A DNA stretch of 64,000 nucleotides from positions 2,524,229 through 2,588,228 of the forward strand of contig OY782677.1 in the NCBI GenBank assembly GCA_963677975.1. Reading direction: 5' to 3'. Shown piece after piece: positions 1 through 8,976 of this stretch. The translations under genes and the position numbers were made by a program. Every line of letters starts with the position of its first letter. Within the stretch, counting starts at the first letter, position 1. The notes below the pieces were generated by a model that was given only the letters and a program-made list of their open reading frames with translations, was not told the origin of the DNA and did not search any database. The DNA comes from Bacteroidales bacterium (GTDB lineage Bacteria > Bacteroidota > Bacteroidia > Bacteroidales > UBA4417).

Positions 1-1500
1 CGAACCGGAAGTGAATTATCATAATGGAGCCACTTTCCTCTCTTAGCAGGTTTATGTTTGGCAATACGGCTGAATAAGATACTGTGTGCTGCAGAAGCAT
101 TTGTTGTTTCGAAGAGTTGTACCGGGGAATTTAGTATTGTCCAGTCACCGCCATCCTCGAAAGATGCTGCGGCTTTAAAATACGGATTGTCAACGCCTGT
201 TGTATAATTAGCATATCTGTTGCTGAAGTTCGCGGGTGCATCTTTCCAATTCAGGTCGATAGAAATCTCGCTGAGCGATTTTGAAAGAGCTTCGTCACAG
301 CCTACGATCCACTTTGATCCTGTAACCGGTTGCGGCCCGAAAGGCATAAAAGCTTTTTTAGGATCCAGGTTGCCGAGATCGTTCCGCAGCTGGAGCGATT
401 TATATCCGGAGACTTCTACCTGGATACTTAATGAATTGATTTCAATATCTTTAAAGAGGTTGTACCCATTGCCTGTATTGTCTTTCTTTAACATTACCTG
501 CAAAACCGGCTCTGCAACATCGAATCCTGACGAATGCACCTTGATGCTGAAATCCACAATGGCAGGCATTGCCTGGTTGATTGTGAAACTCAGATTTATT
601 TCACCTTCTTTCCCGGTTTCAAGGGTAAGACCTAAAGGGCCTATCCAGCCTTTTTCACCCGTAATGTATGCCTCGAAAGCATTATCAAAAATGGAAATAT
701 CTGTTTCTGTATTCCCGTTTATGACCAGGTTCAGATTAACTTTCCGGGTTCCTTCTTTCATCCGGAGCACTGGTGATGAAAGTGCAAATCCTAGGCCTGC
801 TTCAGGCATGTTCTCATTCCCGAATGCCGGCCATTTCGACTCAGGGTTTTCAAACTTCTTACCCTTTCCATCAGCCGAATTGGCCACAGGGGCAAATCGC
901 ACAGTTCCATTGTCACTGGTATCAACAAATACAGAGCAAAGGAAGCTGACTGTGCTGTTGTTGATGATGGTTGTTCCGGTAGGGTAGTAGAGGAGTTCAG
1001 CCTTGGTATCATCCTTTCCGGCACTGAATGCTACTATAGGTGTTATTTCGGTCGGGTTTTCATTTTTCTTTAATTCAATAACAGTATGGACCTTATCGGC
1101 AATAGCTGGCTTTTTAGCCAGGTGAAGCACATCTTTAAAGTAGAAATTGAGGTGGCCGCCGGTTATTCTATTTATGACTTCCTGTGGTACCTTATATAAT
1201 TCGAGGAACGAAACGAACAAAGCCAGGTGAGGAGTCAGTTTCCCGTCCTTTTGCTCAAGAATTCTCAGGATTTCATCTTTACCGGCGGGAAAGAAATCTT
1301 TCCAGTTATCCGAAGTGCCTGAGATAGTATCGTTGTAATGTTTCACAAATTCCGCAAACCTGCCTGCAAACAGCATCAGGTCTTCGGTAGTTCGTTCGTC
1401 AACATCGGCAAAATGCACATCGAGCCCGGCAGGCATGCGCTGCGACTGGCTCTGGCCTGTCCGTTGAAGGAACTTTTCTATGTTGTCCTTTTCACTCATG
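1..1500 (-). CDS. Baseplate-J-like protein (Afp11/Pvc11/gp6-like), N-terminal ~500 aa only; the gene runs off the left edge
   Basis: The minus-strand frame is open where hand-translated (about 960-1500), starting from the ATG at 1500, and is presumed open to position 1: MSEKDNIEKFLQRTGQSQSQRMPAGLDVHFADVDERTTEDLMLFAGRFAEFVKHYN... It is absent from the ORF track because its stop lies off-window. The N-terminal pattern (T.SQ.QR ... VDER...L..FA) is typical of eCIS baseplate-J proteins. It sits directly after the gp25-like gene. The + strand ORF 220..987 is its shadow. Confidence 0.75.
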
Positions 1501-1510
1501 CCGGATAATC

Positions 1511-1969
1511 TTATGGGTTGTTGAAATCAAAGGTTCGCCGTACTTCGCTGCTGTCGGTCGTATAAAAAGGATACACAAGGTTGAACCTTGAGTTAGTGCC
1601 ACGGACTTCATAATCGAGGAGTATGTCTATCCTGCCTTCATAAATTCCGGAGGTATCCAGTTCAACCGAAAGCAGGTTTATTCGAGGTTCGTAAATCAGG
1701 ATTGTATTTGTGATACGGTCTTTGAGGAATGTAATCATGGTGGTGCTCAAAGGTTCGAAAAGCAGTTCGTGCATATCGAGGCCATACTTTGGGTTCAGGA
1801 ACCTTTCACCCGGGGTTGTTCCCATCAATATAATTAAACTGGCCTGGATATCTTCTTCGTCGGATGTCATCACAACATTCCCGGGACTGTTCAACGGGAA
1901 TTCAGGCGGGAAACTCCAGCCTGTTCCCAGGAAAGAATTGTAAGTGATTTTATTTTCGCTGCTGTCCAT
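1511..1969 (-). CDS. GPW/gp25-like baseplate wedge / sheath-initiator protein (Afp9-like)
   Basis: This is track ORF 1511..2143. I use the internal ATG at 1969 (MDSSENKITYNSFLGTGWSFPPEF...), which avoids overlap with the PAAR gene. Gp25-like signature: DEEDIQASLIILMGTTPGERFLNPKYG. Confidence 0.85.
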   Translation of the reverse strand: MDSSENKITYNSFLGTGWSFPPEFPLNSPGNVVMTSDEEDIQASLIILMGTTPGERFLNPKYGLDMHELLFEPLSTTMITFLKDRITNTILIYEPRINLLSVELDTSGIYEGRIDILLDYEVRGTNSRFNLVYPFYTTDSSEVRRTFDFNNP

Positions 1970-1983
1970 AATGGCTTCTGTTA

Positions 1984-2262
1984 TTATCCTATAATTACTG
2001 TTGGTGCCCCAACGGCTGCCATTGCACCGCAAATACAGGTATCCGTAATCCGGAGTGCAGGTTTTCCGCCTATTAATACAGTGGGGCTGCCATTCGGGAA
2101 AGGGCTTACCGTTGGCTGATGACCCTGCGGAGGCAATGAGCATACATGCATATCGCCCGCCACGGCAGCCGGCATACCGGCAATAAGTACTGTAGGTACT
2201 CCCGGTCCTGTAATTGTGCCGCCATGGTTACTTGTATCTCCTACTCTTGCTGCTGCTGGCAT
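1984..2262 (-). CDS. PAAR-domain spike-tip protein (Afp10-like)
   Basis: 92 aa and Gly/Pro-rich. PAAR-like repeats: AARVGD.., IAGMPAAVAGDMHVC, VLIGGKPALRITD. Confidence 0.9.
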   Translation of the reverse strand: MPAAARVGDTSNHGGTITGPGVPTVLIAGMPAAVAGDMHVCSLPPQGHQPTVSPFPNGSPTVLIGGKPALRITDTCICGAMAAVGAPTVIIG

Positions 2263-2390
2263 ATTTATTTACGATTTACGATTTACGAATTTGTGATGTT
2301 TGATAATCTCAGATCCCGGATTACTTCTGAAATCTAAAATCGTTAATCATTATTCTTAAATAATTATTTCATTTTCTCAAGAGCAACTAA

Positions 2391-4133
2391 CTAGTTCAGC
2401 ATCAGCGTGCTTCCCTTTATAGTTGTGCTTCCTGAACTCGATATTTCCACACCCGCGCTTCCTTCCACTTTAAGGCTTGACGAACTGCTTATTTCCAGGC
2501 TGGTTCCGGCCTCAATCTTGATTTCGGTAGCAGCTTTTAATTCCAGGGCATTCGAACTCTCGATCTTAATGCCGTCCGATGTCATTTCGATCGTATTGCT
2601 GTTCTGATCCTCAATTTTTATTGATGTATCTTCTTCGCTGAGTGTGATCTTATTCCCTGCCGGAGTCTCGATGCGTATTACTTTTGTGTCGTCGTTAAAA
2701 TAGAGTTTCATTTCCGAACGGCTCTTGTAAACCTTTTCGTGGTTATCGTCGGATCCCTCGAGAGGAGCTGCCTTGGCGCTGCTGTGAAGCATGCCGAGTA
2801 TCACCGGGTAACGGGGATCGTCGTCCATAAAACCCAATACGACTTCATCGCCGATTTCGGGCCGGAAGAAAGTTCCTCGGCTGTCGCCCGCATCAAGGGT
2901 GGCTACCCTTGCCCATGTTCCGTCCTGGTTGTTATCGATCAGCGGCATCCTTACCCGCACCCGGTATTCACCATCGGGATCTTCGTTACTCACTACAACT
3001 CCGATTTGTAGGCCGTTTATACCGGCCACCAGGCTGCCTGCCTTCGAAGCTTCGATTTTGTGCTCTTCGCCAAACCAGGTATTTGTATTTCCGAATTGTA
3101 TATGGGTTTTCCAGCCCTGGATCAGGTCGAAATCGTGCCTGACACCGGTTACAAAAACATCGCCGTTAAACCGCTCCCCAACCCCGCTCAGGGTGACCAT
3201 GTCGCCGGGATTTACTGTTGAAATCCCCTCGCATTTCAGCCTGCCGTTTGTTTTGCTGAGCTGCGATTTCATGCGGTAGGCATCAGCCCAGGCCTGGCTC
3301 TCGGTATCGGGAGTTGAAGTTTGCTGTAGCCGTAAATGATCGAGATCAATGGTTGAAGAAAGGTCGCTGATTGATAAATTCCCGGCACCGGCTATCTGCG
3401 GGTCAATTGCATCTTTTTCAACAACGGATTGCCGGGCAGCATCCCACGAAACACTTTTAACACCCGCGTACTGCAAGCGGCTTTCGATTTCGCTGTCCAT
3501 TTCCAGGATGGTCGAGCCAAAAAGCAATGTACAAACAGGTCTGCTGCCTAATACTGCAGCCTTTATTTCGACCTGTTCTCCATTCGTAAATACAATTTTC
3601 CCGTTAGCTTCAGCCCTCAGCACAATAAAATCCCAATCGGTACAGTAGTACTGCACCAATTGACTGTGAGTTACCATGGTGGATTCAACACTGCAGTCTA
3701 CACCGGCATTCCCGAAAATGGTTTCGATTATACTGGCATCTGTCTGGCCGTAGTAATAAGCGTTTTTTCTTCCGACCGTCAGTGCTATGGCTTTGTGCCG
3801 GCATTCCACTATCATCTGGGGAGCCGTCGTTTCCCGTACTTTCAGGCTTTGGGAAATGATAATGCCCTTAAATAACGTAACGAGATCATGCCCGCTGCCT
3901 GCCAGAACTTCAATTGTGCTGCCCGGAATAAAGTCAGGGGAATTGCTCAAAGGGAAATCGGAGGAGGATGCTGCCCCGTCGAGATAGATCAGTTTTGCTG
4001 AAGAAATACGGTTTGCACTTTTCTGGATGTAAACACCCAGGAGCTGCTCACTGCGCTCAATTTCCCTGTCATTCACCTTCACGGTGAATTCGCGGTGCAG
4101 TGCTGAAATCGGAATATTCCTTTCTTCGGGCAT
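2391..4133 (-). CDS. VgrG-like spike protein (gp27/gp5-like, Afp8-like)
   Basis: Track ORF 2391..4256. The start is refined to the ATG at 4133 (MPEERNIPISALHREF), 3 nt after the LysM gene stop. Gp5 OB-fold block: GVVVSNEDPDGEYRVRVRMPL...FRPEIGDEVVLGFMDDDPRYPVILGMLHS. The C-terminus has beta-helix repeats (KITLSEEDTSIKIED..IKIESS..IKIEAG..). Confidence 0.9.
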   Translation of the reverse strand: MPEERNIPISALHREFTVKVNDREIERSEQLLGVYIQKSANRISSAKLIYLDGAASSSDFPLSNSPDFIPGSTIEVLAGSGHDLVTLFKGIIISQSLKVRETTAPQMIVECRHKAIALTVGRKNAYYYGQTDASIIETIFGNAGVDCSVESTMVTHSQLVQYYCTDWDFIVLRAEANGKIVFTNGEQVEIKAAVLGSRPVCTLLFGSTILEMDSEIESRLQYAGVKSVSWDAARQSVVEKDAIDPQIAGAGNLSISDLSSTIDLDHLRLQQTSTPDTESQAWADAYRMKSQLSKTNGRLKCEGISTVNPGDMVTLSGVGERFNGDVFVTGVRHDFDLIQGWKTHIQFGNTNTWFGEEHKIEASKAGSLVAGINGLQIGVVVSNEDPDGEYRVRVRMPLIDNNQDGTWARVATLDAGDSRGTFFRPEIGDEVVLGFMDDDPRYPVILGMLHSSAKAAPLEGSDDNHEKVYKSRSEMKLYFNDDTKVIRIETPAGNKITLSEEDTSIKIEDQNSNTIEMTSDGIKIESSNALELKAATEIKIEAGTSLEISSSSSLKVEGSAGVEISSSGSTTIKGSTLMLN

Positions 4134-4135
4134 AT

Positions 4136-4804
4136 CTATTTTTCTAACGGTGGAAACATAATCCTGGTTCCGGGAACGAGATTCCTGAAATCGGCGATCT
4201 GGTTGGCATTGGCAACATCGAGATAGTAATCGGGATTGCCATATACATCGTAACAAAGAGCGGGCAGGTTGTCGCCTGCTTTAACCATTTTAACATGGGT
4301 AAGGTCGGGCGATTCATCCCTGGCCCGGGCTACCCGCGAGTGGTCGTCGGAGTTCTGTGCGAAAACAGCTGTAATTACTGCACGCAGAGGGACTCCGTCG
4401 TTGCTGAAAAGTTTATAAACTATTGAAGCAGTTTTCAGTACACAACGCTTTATTTCAGTGGTTCCCCACATGATAATGAGGTAGTTGGGCCTGTGGATGT
4501 CGCCGTTGTAGCCGGTAACTGCATTGAATTTGTTTACCTTGGCCATCACATCCACTGTCCTGCCGTTCACACCGGTTCCATCAATAAAGAAGGTAAGTGT
4601 GAGGTCGCCTTTTTTGACCTTTTTGAAATTCATCCGGCTGTTGGTAGTACCCGATCCCTGCGAACTGTCATACTCCATTTCGACTGAAACAGTGATTTCG
4701 TTAGGATTAACAGGCGACTCGAACTCATCAATCTTCCTTCCTGAATAATCAGGTGTTGTATAGGCTCTGATAAGCAGTTTTTCGAGTGTTCCTCTGTTGC
4801 TCAT
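4136..4804 (-). CDS. LysM-domain CIS tube-initiator protein (Afp7-like)
   Basis: The N-terminal domain is tube-like. The C-terminus carries a LysM motif (HVKMVKAGDNLPALCYDVYGNPDYYLDVANANQI..LVPGTRIMFP). It sits between the tube genes and the spike gene. Confidence 0.85.
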   Translation of the reverse strand: MSNRGTLEKLLIRAYTTPDYSGRKIDEFESPVNPNEITVSVEMEYDSSQGSGTTNSRMNFKKVKKGDLTLTFFIDGTGVNGRTVDVMAKVNKFNAVTGYNGDIHRPNYLIIMWGTTEIKRCVLKTASIVYKLFSNDGVPLRAVITAVFAQNSDDHSRVARARDESPDLTHVKMVKAGDNLPALCYDVYGNPDYYLDVANANQIADFRNLVPGTRIMFPPLEK

Positions 4805-4807
4805 GGT

Positions 4808-4969
4808 TTAGCGTTCTGTTTTTTGTTTTAAAATTTCCAGCACCCGTTCAACACATTCGCTGATAATCGCCTGTTTATCCTCGGCAGCCGTATTGGCCGA
4901 AGCAGCGCCACCGGTATCGCGGTTGGTTACTTCAACTGTTACGGAAACTTCATCAATTATAATTGGCAT
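4808..4969 (-). CDS. Small 53-aa eCIS-associated protein (DUF5908-like), not in the ORF track
   Basis: Hand-translated: MPIIIDEVSVTVEVTNRDTGGAASANTAAEDKQAIISECVERVLEILKQKTER*. It exactly fills the gap between the tube-2 stop and the LysM start. A small ORF of this MPI.I.E..V.V type occupies the same position in other Bacteroidota eCIS loci, as far as I recall. Confidence 0.55.
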   Translation of the reverse strand: MPIIIDEVSVTVEVTNRDTGGAASANTAAEDKQAIISECVERVLEILKQKTER

Positions 4970-4972
4970 AGC

Positions 4973-5419
4973 TTAGGATTTATCAATTGAAAATCGCTGG
5001 TAGCAGAACTGAAGGCTTTCCACGACAATTGCATTCTGTGAGGCATTAAATTCACCAATGGTCCATTTTGTAGGATAGGCGTTTATAATGTGCCAGGTGA
5101 TTAAAGGAACATGGTTTTCATTCAACAGTTTAACATCAATATTTTTCGGCACAATGTTCAGGGTGTCGATGCATTGAACGATCCAGTCGGAAATAGCCGA
5201 ATTTTTGAGCAGACCCCTTTTTAACAGCAGTTCGGCATATTTTGGCCGTAACGGATATTTCTGGGTAAACCTGTTCTCTCCTCCTTCGGCATGTTCTTCG
5301 GTTGGAATTTCAACAGTTAGCCCGCCAGCCTCTGAAAAACGCATATCGTCATCATTGGTGGGAAGCCCGAGTACTTCGACCCGGAAGTGAAAAGCTACCG
5401 GTGGATAATAATTCGCCAT
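4973..5419 (-). CDS. Contractile tail tube protein, paralog 2 (T4 gp19-like, Afp5-like)
   Basis: 148 aa. MANYYPPVAFHFRVEVLG... is the typical gp19/Afp1-family N-terminus. Its start overlaps the stop of the preceding tube gene (TAATG). Confidence 0.9.
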   Translation of the reverse strand: MANYYPPVAFHFRVEVLGLPTNDDDMRFSEAGGLTVEIPTEEHAEGGENRFTQKYPLRPKYAELLLKRGLLKNSAISDWIVQCIDTLNIVPKNIDVKLLNENHVPLITWHIINAYPTKWTIGEFNASQNAIVVESLQFCYQRFSIDKS

Positions 5420-5853
5420 TATTCGTTCATTAATTCGAGACCTTCGTGGGCAAGTTCGATGGATTCGATGGCTACTTCGTTGCCTGATGCCTTCAGTTGC
5501 GGACCTTCGACTTTTACGGGAAATGCATTATGCGCTTTCCATACCATGACCGGGGCATGTTCTTCGTTCAGCAGGCTGATAATCAGGTCGCGGCGTTCAA
5601 CTGTATTCATCTTGATGGTATTCAGCCATTTGAAGAAATCATTATCGCTCTTCATGATTCCTCGTTTGAGTGTAATGTTGCTGTACTTGCGCAGTCCAGG
5701 CATTTTGATTGAGGAATATTCAGGGAATGAACCATCACGGTACTCAATGGCCTGGCTTTCCTGTGTAAGCCCGGTAACTTCCGAAAATCCGATTCGGGTT
5801 CCGCCCCACATCACTGTAAAGTGAAATACTGGTAAAGGATATTGTGCTGCCAT
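5419..5853 (-). CDS. Contractile tail tube protein, paralog 1 (T4 gp19-like, Afp1-like)
   Basis: 144 aa. MAAQYPLPVFHFTVMWGGTRIGFSEVTGL is a typical phage/eCIS tube signature. Confidence 0.9.
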   Translation of the reverse strand: MAAQYPLPVFHFTVMWGGTRIGFSEVTGLTQESQAIEYRDGSFPEYSSIKMPGLRKYSNITLKRGIMKSDNDFFKWLNTIKMNTVERRDLIISLLNEEHAPVMVWKAHNAFPVKVEGPQLKASGNEVAIESIELAHEGLELMNE

Positions 5854-5910
5854 TATACTAGATTTTTAAAGATTTATCTTAAGATTTATTTAGTAGATAG
5901 TGTTTAATTA

Positions 5911-7341
5911 TCAGGATACCTGCATTTTATGCATGAACTTCAGGATAATGAATTCAGCCGGGCGCACTGCTGCCATCCCGATCTCAACAATCATTCTTCC
6001 TTCGAGGATATCCTGAGCCGACATGGTAATACCTAAACCGCATTTTACAAAAAATGCATCTTTTGGTGTAGCTCCGGCCAAAGCCCCGTCGCGCCATTTC
6101 TGAACAAGGTAATTCTCAATCATACCCCGTACTTTAACCCATGTATTTGCATCGTTGGGTTCAAACACTGCCCAGTATGTTGATTTTTTGACAGATTCTT
6201 CAACCATATTGAAGAAACGACGGACCGGCACATAACGCCATTCGTTATCGTTTCCGGCAAGAGTCCTTGCACCCCAGACTATGGTTCCTTTACCTGCAAA
6301 AGCACGCACTGCATTGATCGATTTTCCGGTTGTATCATCCACATTCAAGGCACCCTGTTTAAAGGAATCAATCTTTACAAGAGGCTCAATTACATTGGCC
6401 AGGCTTACATTTGCAGGGGCTTTCCATACACCCCTTTTCGAGTCGGTTGCTGCATAAACACCGGCTATTGCTGCGCTTGAAGGTAATTTTATATAGTGCT
6501 CTTTCAGTACGGTTTTTACATAATTATAAAGGGCAGTATTTGTATTTTTAAACGTAACCAGATCAGCTGTTGTTGCACTATAGGTCACATCTACGTTTGT
6601 TTCGCCGGCATCAACATAGTTGTTGAGGGTTGTTTTCAGGAAAGGGTAATAAGCGGCTCCGTATTTCAGGTAATTGTTACCGAAATACCCTCGATTAGTA
6701 ACAAGCCGTGAATTTGTTTCGCCCGAAGGAACCTCATCAAGGTTCTTATCGCCATCGAGAATGTCGAAAATGGCAAACCGGTCGCGAAGTTTATCGCATT
6801 GGGTAAGAACGGCCTGAACCAGTGTTGTAAAATCAGTAGCGGAGAGTTTTACTGCCTCGGGAATAACAATAAGTGTAGGCTCATCTTCCATTTCAACGAC
6901 CCCCAGTCCATCCTGCAGACCGTACATAGTTGCCGGATCAGTTCCTGAATTACCTGCAAGGTCAATGGTCGCTGATGACTGGTATGTGCCTACCGAAATG
7001 ATATAGCATTGTCCGCCGCCATTATCAAAAAACATTTTTACATTGTAATAAAACATATAAGGCAGGGCCGGTTCGGTAAAAGAGGTTGTGCTGTACACTC
7101 CATTCGAATCGCTGCTGACTGAAATAGCAATTGCATCGGTACGCGGGCCGCCGAAATACTGTTCAAACTCTTTCAGAGAATAGATCTTGGTGGGCTTAAG
7201 AATAAGATCAAGTGAAGCATTTCGCATTGCTTTCTCGGTGTAACCGATAAAAGCAGGGATAGCAGTTTCAACTTCTGCTACTGAAGGTGGAAAGACCGGG
7301 ATCTCTTCCACGTAAACGTCTGGTGTTTTGTAAGTTGCCAT
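5911..7341 (-). CDS. Contractile tail sheath protein (Afp2-4-like)
   Basis: 476 aa. The N-terminus MATYKTPDVYVEEIPVFPPSVAEVETAIPAFIGYTEKA is typical, as is the C-terminal sheath block (NAVRAFAGKGTIVWGARTL). Confidence 0.95.
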   Translation of the reverse strand: MATYKTPDVYVEEIPVFPPSVAEVETAIPAFIGYTEKAMRNASLDLILKPTKIYSLKEFEQYFGGPRTDAIAISVSSDSNGVYSTTSFTEPALPYMFYYNVKMFFDNGGGQCYIISVGTYQSSATIDLAGNSGTDPATMYGLQDGLGVVEMEDEPTLIVIPEAVKLSATDFTTLVQAVLTQCDKLRDRFAIFDILDGDKNLDEVPSGETNSRLVTNRGYFGNNYLKYGAAYYPFLKTTLNNYVDAGETNVDVTYSATTADLVTFKNTNTALYNYVKTVLKEHYIKLPSSAAIAGVYAATDSKRGVWKAPANVSLANVIEPLVKIDSFKQGALNVDDTTGKSINAVRAFAGKGTIVWGARTLAGNDNEWRYVPVRRFFNMVEESVKKSTYWAVFEPNDANTWVKVRGMIENYLVQKWRDGALAGATPKDAFFVKCGLGITMSAQDILEGRMIVEIGMAAVRPAEFIILKFMHKMQVS

Positions 7342-7353
7342 GATGGAGCGTTT

Positions 7354-8367
7354 TTACGGTTTTGAAATTTGGATTATTATATCGGATTTTGATTTGTCAG
7401 CTGAAGGTTGTGGTAAATGGGGGATAAGAACATCGCCGTTTTTAGTAAGTTGTATTTTTCTTCTGGCCTTTTCCTGCCGGGCAACCAGGCTTTCGGATTT
7501 GAACAAAACAACTTTTTTGGTCGGATCGGTTGCAAAGAAAGATGCAGGAATATCAGTTGCTGTAAACGAGGAACTGTTCACTTTTTTAAACGTAATTTTC
7601 GGCCTGCTGTCCTCGGTGGAACCGTTATCACTTATAAGCAAATGCCCGAATTCAGTGTTAGAATAGTTGCCGGCAACGATATAGTATTTAAGCGTCTCTG
7701 TTCTGGCATTAAACTGAACCTGGAATTGCGGATGTGATGAATATATGGAATCCCCTACCAGTATCTCGATTACAGCATAAGCGCCTGAAGCAGCAAGCTC
7801 GGGGTCAACATAACAGTTGACAGTCTTTGACGATCCGGAATAGGCTTCGTGAATCGTATATCTGCCGGATTCCTGGCCTGTGATATCGTAAGAAACACTG
7901 TCGCGGTTCTCGCTGCTTTTTATTGTATCGGATTGAAGAATATTCCCTTTCTGGTCCTTTAGCGTTATAGTGCAGGGACGGTTGGTTTTGGTGATTTTGT
8001 GGCTGAATATGCTGCCGCTTAACGGGTACTTCACTTCGGGGTCCAATGCTACCGCGCTGCCCAGATTCTGTATCAACTGAATGCCAGAACTGTCAGATGT
8101 AAATGCGGTAATATTGCTGAAATACGGATTGTTGAATTTTAAACCGAAGCGTAGCACTTTTCCCTTAACTGAAATTATAGGCTGGTTGGCATCATTGGCT
8201 TCATACAAAATATGCAGACTTCCATCAACCGCTTTGGCCAGCATCCGGCTGTTGCGAAGCAATAGCGATGTATCCTTCAACACGAAAAAGTCGACATCAC
8301 GGCACCTGGCAGTATAAAAGCCATGCTGAACCGAAAAAGTACAAAGTGATAAGAATTTTATGGTCAT
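7354..8367 (-). CDS. Hypothetical 337-aa eCIS-embedded protein, function unknown
   Basis: Long ORF with an ATG start. Its start overlaps the DUF4255 gene stop (ATGA), and it ends 12 nt before the sheath gene. I recognise no motif. Confidence 0.8.
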   Translation of the reverse strand: MTIKFLSLCTFSVQHGFYTARCRDVDFFVLKDTSLLLRNSRMLAKAVDGSLHILYEANDANQPIISVKGKVLRFGLKFNNPYFSNITAFTSDSSGIQLIQNLGSAVALDPEVKYPLSGSIFSHKITKTNRPCTITLKDQKGNILQSDTIKSSENRDSVSYDITGQESGRYTIHEAYSGSSKTVNCYVDPELAASGAYAVIEILVGDSIYSSHPQFQVQFNARTETLKYYIVAGNYSNTEFGHLLISDNGSTEDSRPKITFKKVNSSSFTATDIPASFFATDPTKKVVLFKSESLVARQEKARRKIQLTKNGDVLIPHLPQPSADKSKSDIIIQISKP

Positions 8368-8933
8368 TTGTTATTCAGGTTTGCATTAATAATGGTAATT
8401 GGCGGTTGAATAGCGGTAGAAACTTCGTCCTTTATTATTACTAGCCTCATCTTGTAAACCAGCGACGGAAGATGTTTTGCCCCAAGGAATGTCCATACCT
8501 GGTTGATCTGGTCGTAACCAAGGTTCTGTAATTCGAGGGTAAGTCTTTCGATACGTGCATCTAGCGCCGGAAATGAACCGGGAGTAAAAGCAGGATGCGA
8601 CTGGAAGAAGGTGAGCAGGTACGAAATGCACTTCAAGGCTTCGTTGTACTGGCTGAAGTTGGCTGCAAACATCACATAGAGATTGATTTTGATATCAGGC
8701 TCCGTAACAATATGTTGTCCGTCTTTTAGAGTGTATTCCGGAAGTTGCGATTTGAATGTGCGGTCTTCCTCGATGTTGATAACTGTAACAGCAACCGTTT
8801 CTTCCCCGAAAGCATACTTTCCGGTATCATCAACCATTTTGGTGAGTTTCACATCAGGTGCCGAAGGACCAATCCGGGAGTGAAGGAAAGTGCCCAGTTC
8901 GTCGGTTATGAATTTTAATGCAAGGTCAATCAT
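8364..8933 (-). CDS. DUF4255 / Pvc16-N-like tail terminator (cap) protein (Afp16-like)
   Basis: The track ORF starts at a TTG at 8951. The ATG at 8933 gives MIDLALKFITDELGTFL..., a typical DUF4255 N-terminus. Size is about 190 aa. Confidence 0.8.
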   Translation of the reverse strand: MIDLALKFITDELGTFLHSRIGPSAPDVKLTKMVDDTGKYAFGEETVAVTVINIEEDRTFKSQLPEYTLKDGQHIVTEPDIKINLYVMFAANFSQYNEALKCISYLLTFFQSHPAFTPGSFPALDARIERLTLELQNLGYDQINQVWTFLGAKHLPSLVYKMRLVIIKDEVSTAIQPPITIINANLNNK

Positions 8934-8976
8934 GTAAAAGAATTTAGTCAATGATTATTGCTGATTCGATGACTTC

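Noticed and set aside
220-987. A 255-aa + strand ORF, plus many other 60-150-aa ORFs antisense to or nested in the eCIS genes and other large genes.
   Set aside because: They lie opposite much longer ORFs with clear family motifs. They have low-complexity or odd composition and alternative start codons. I treat them as shadow ORFs.
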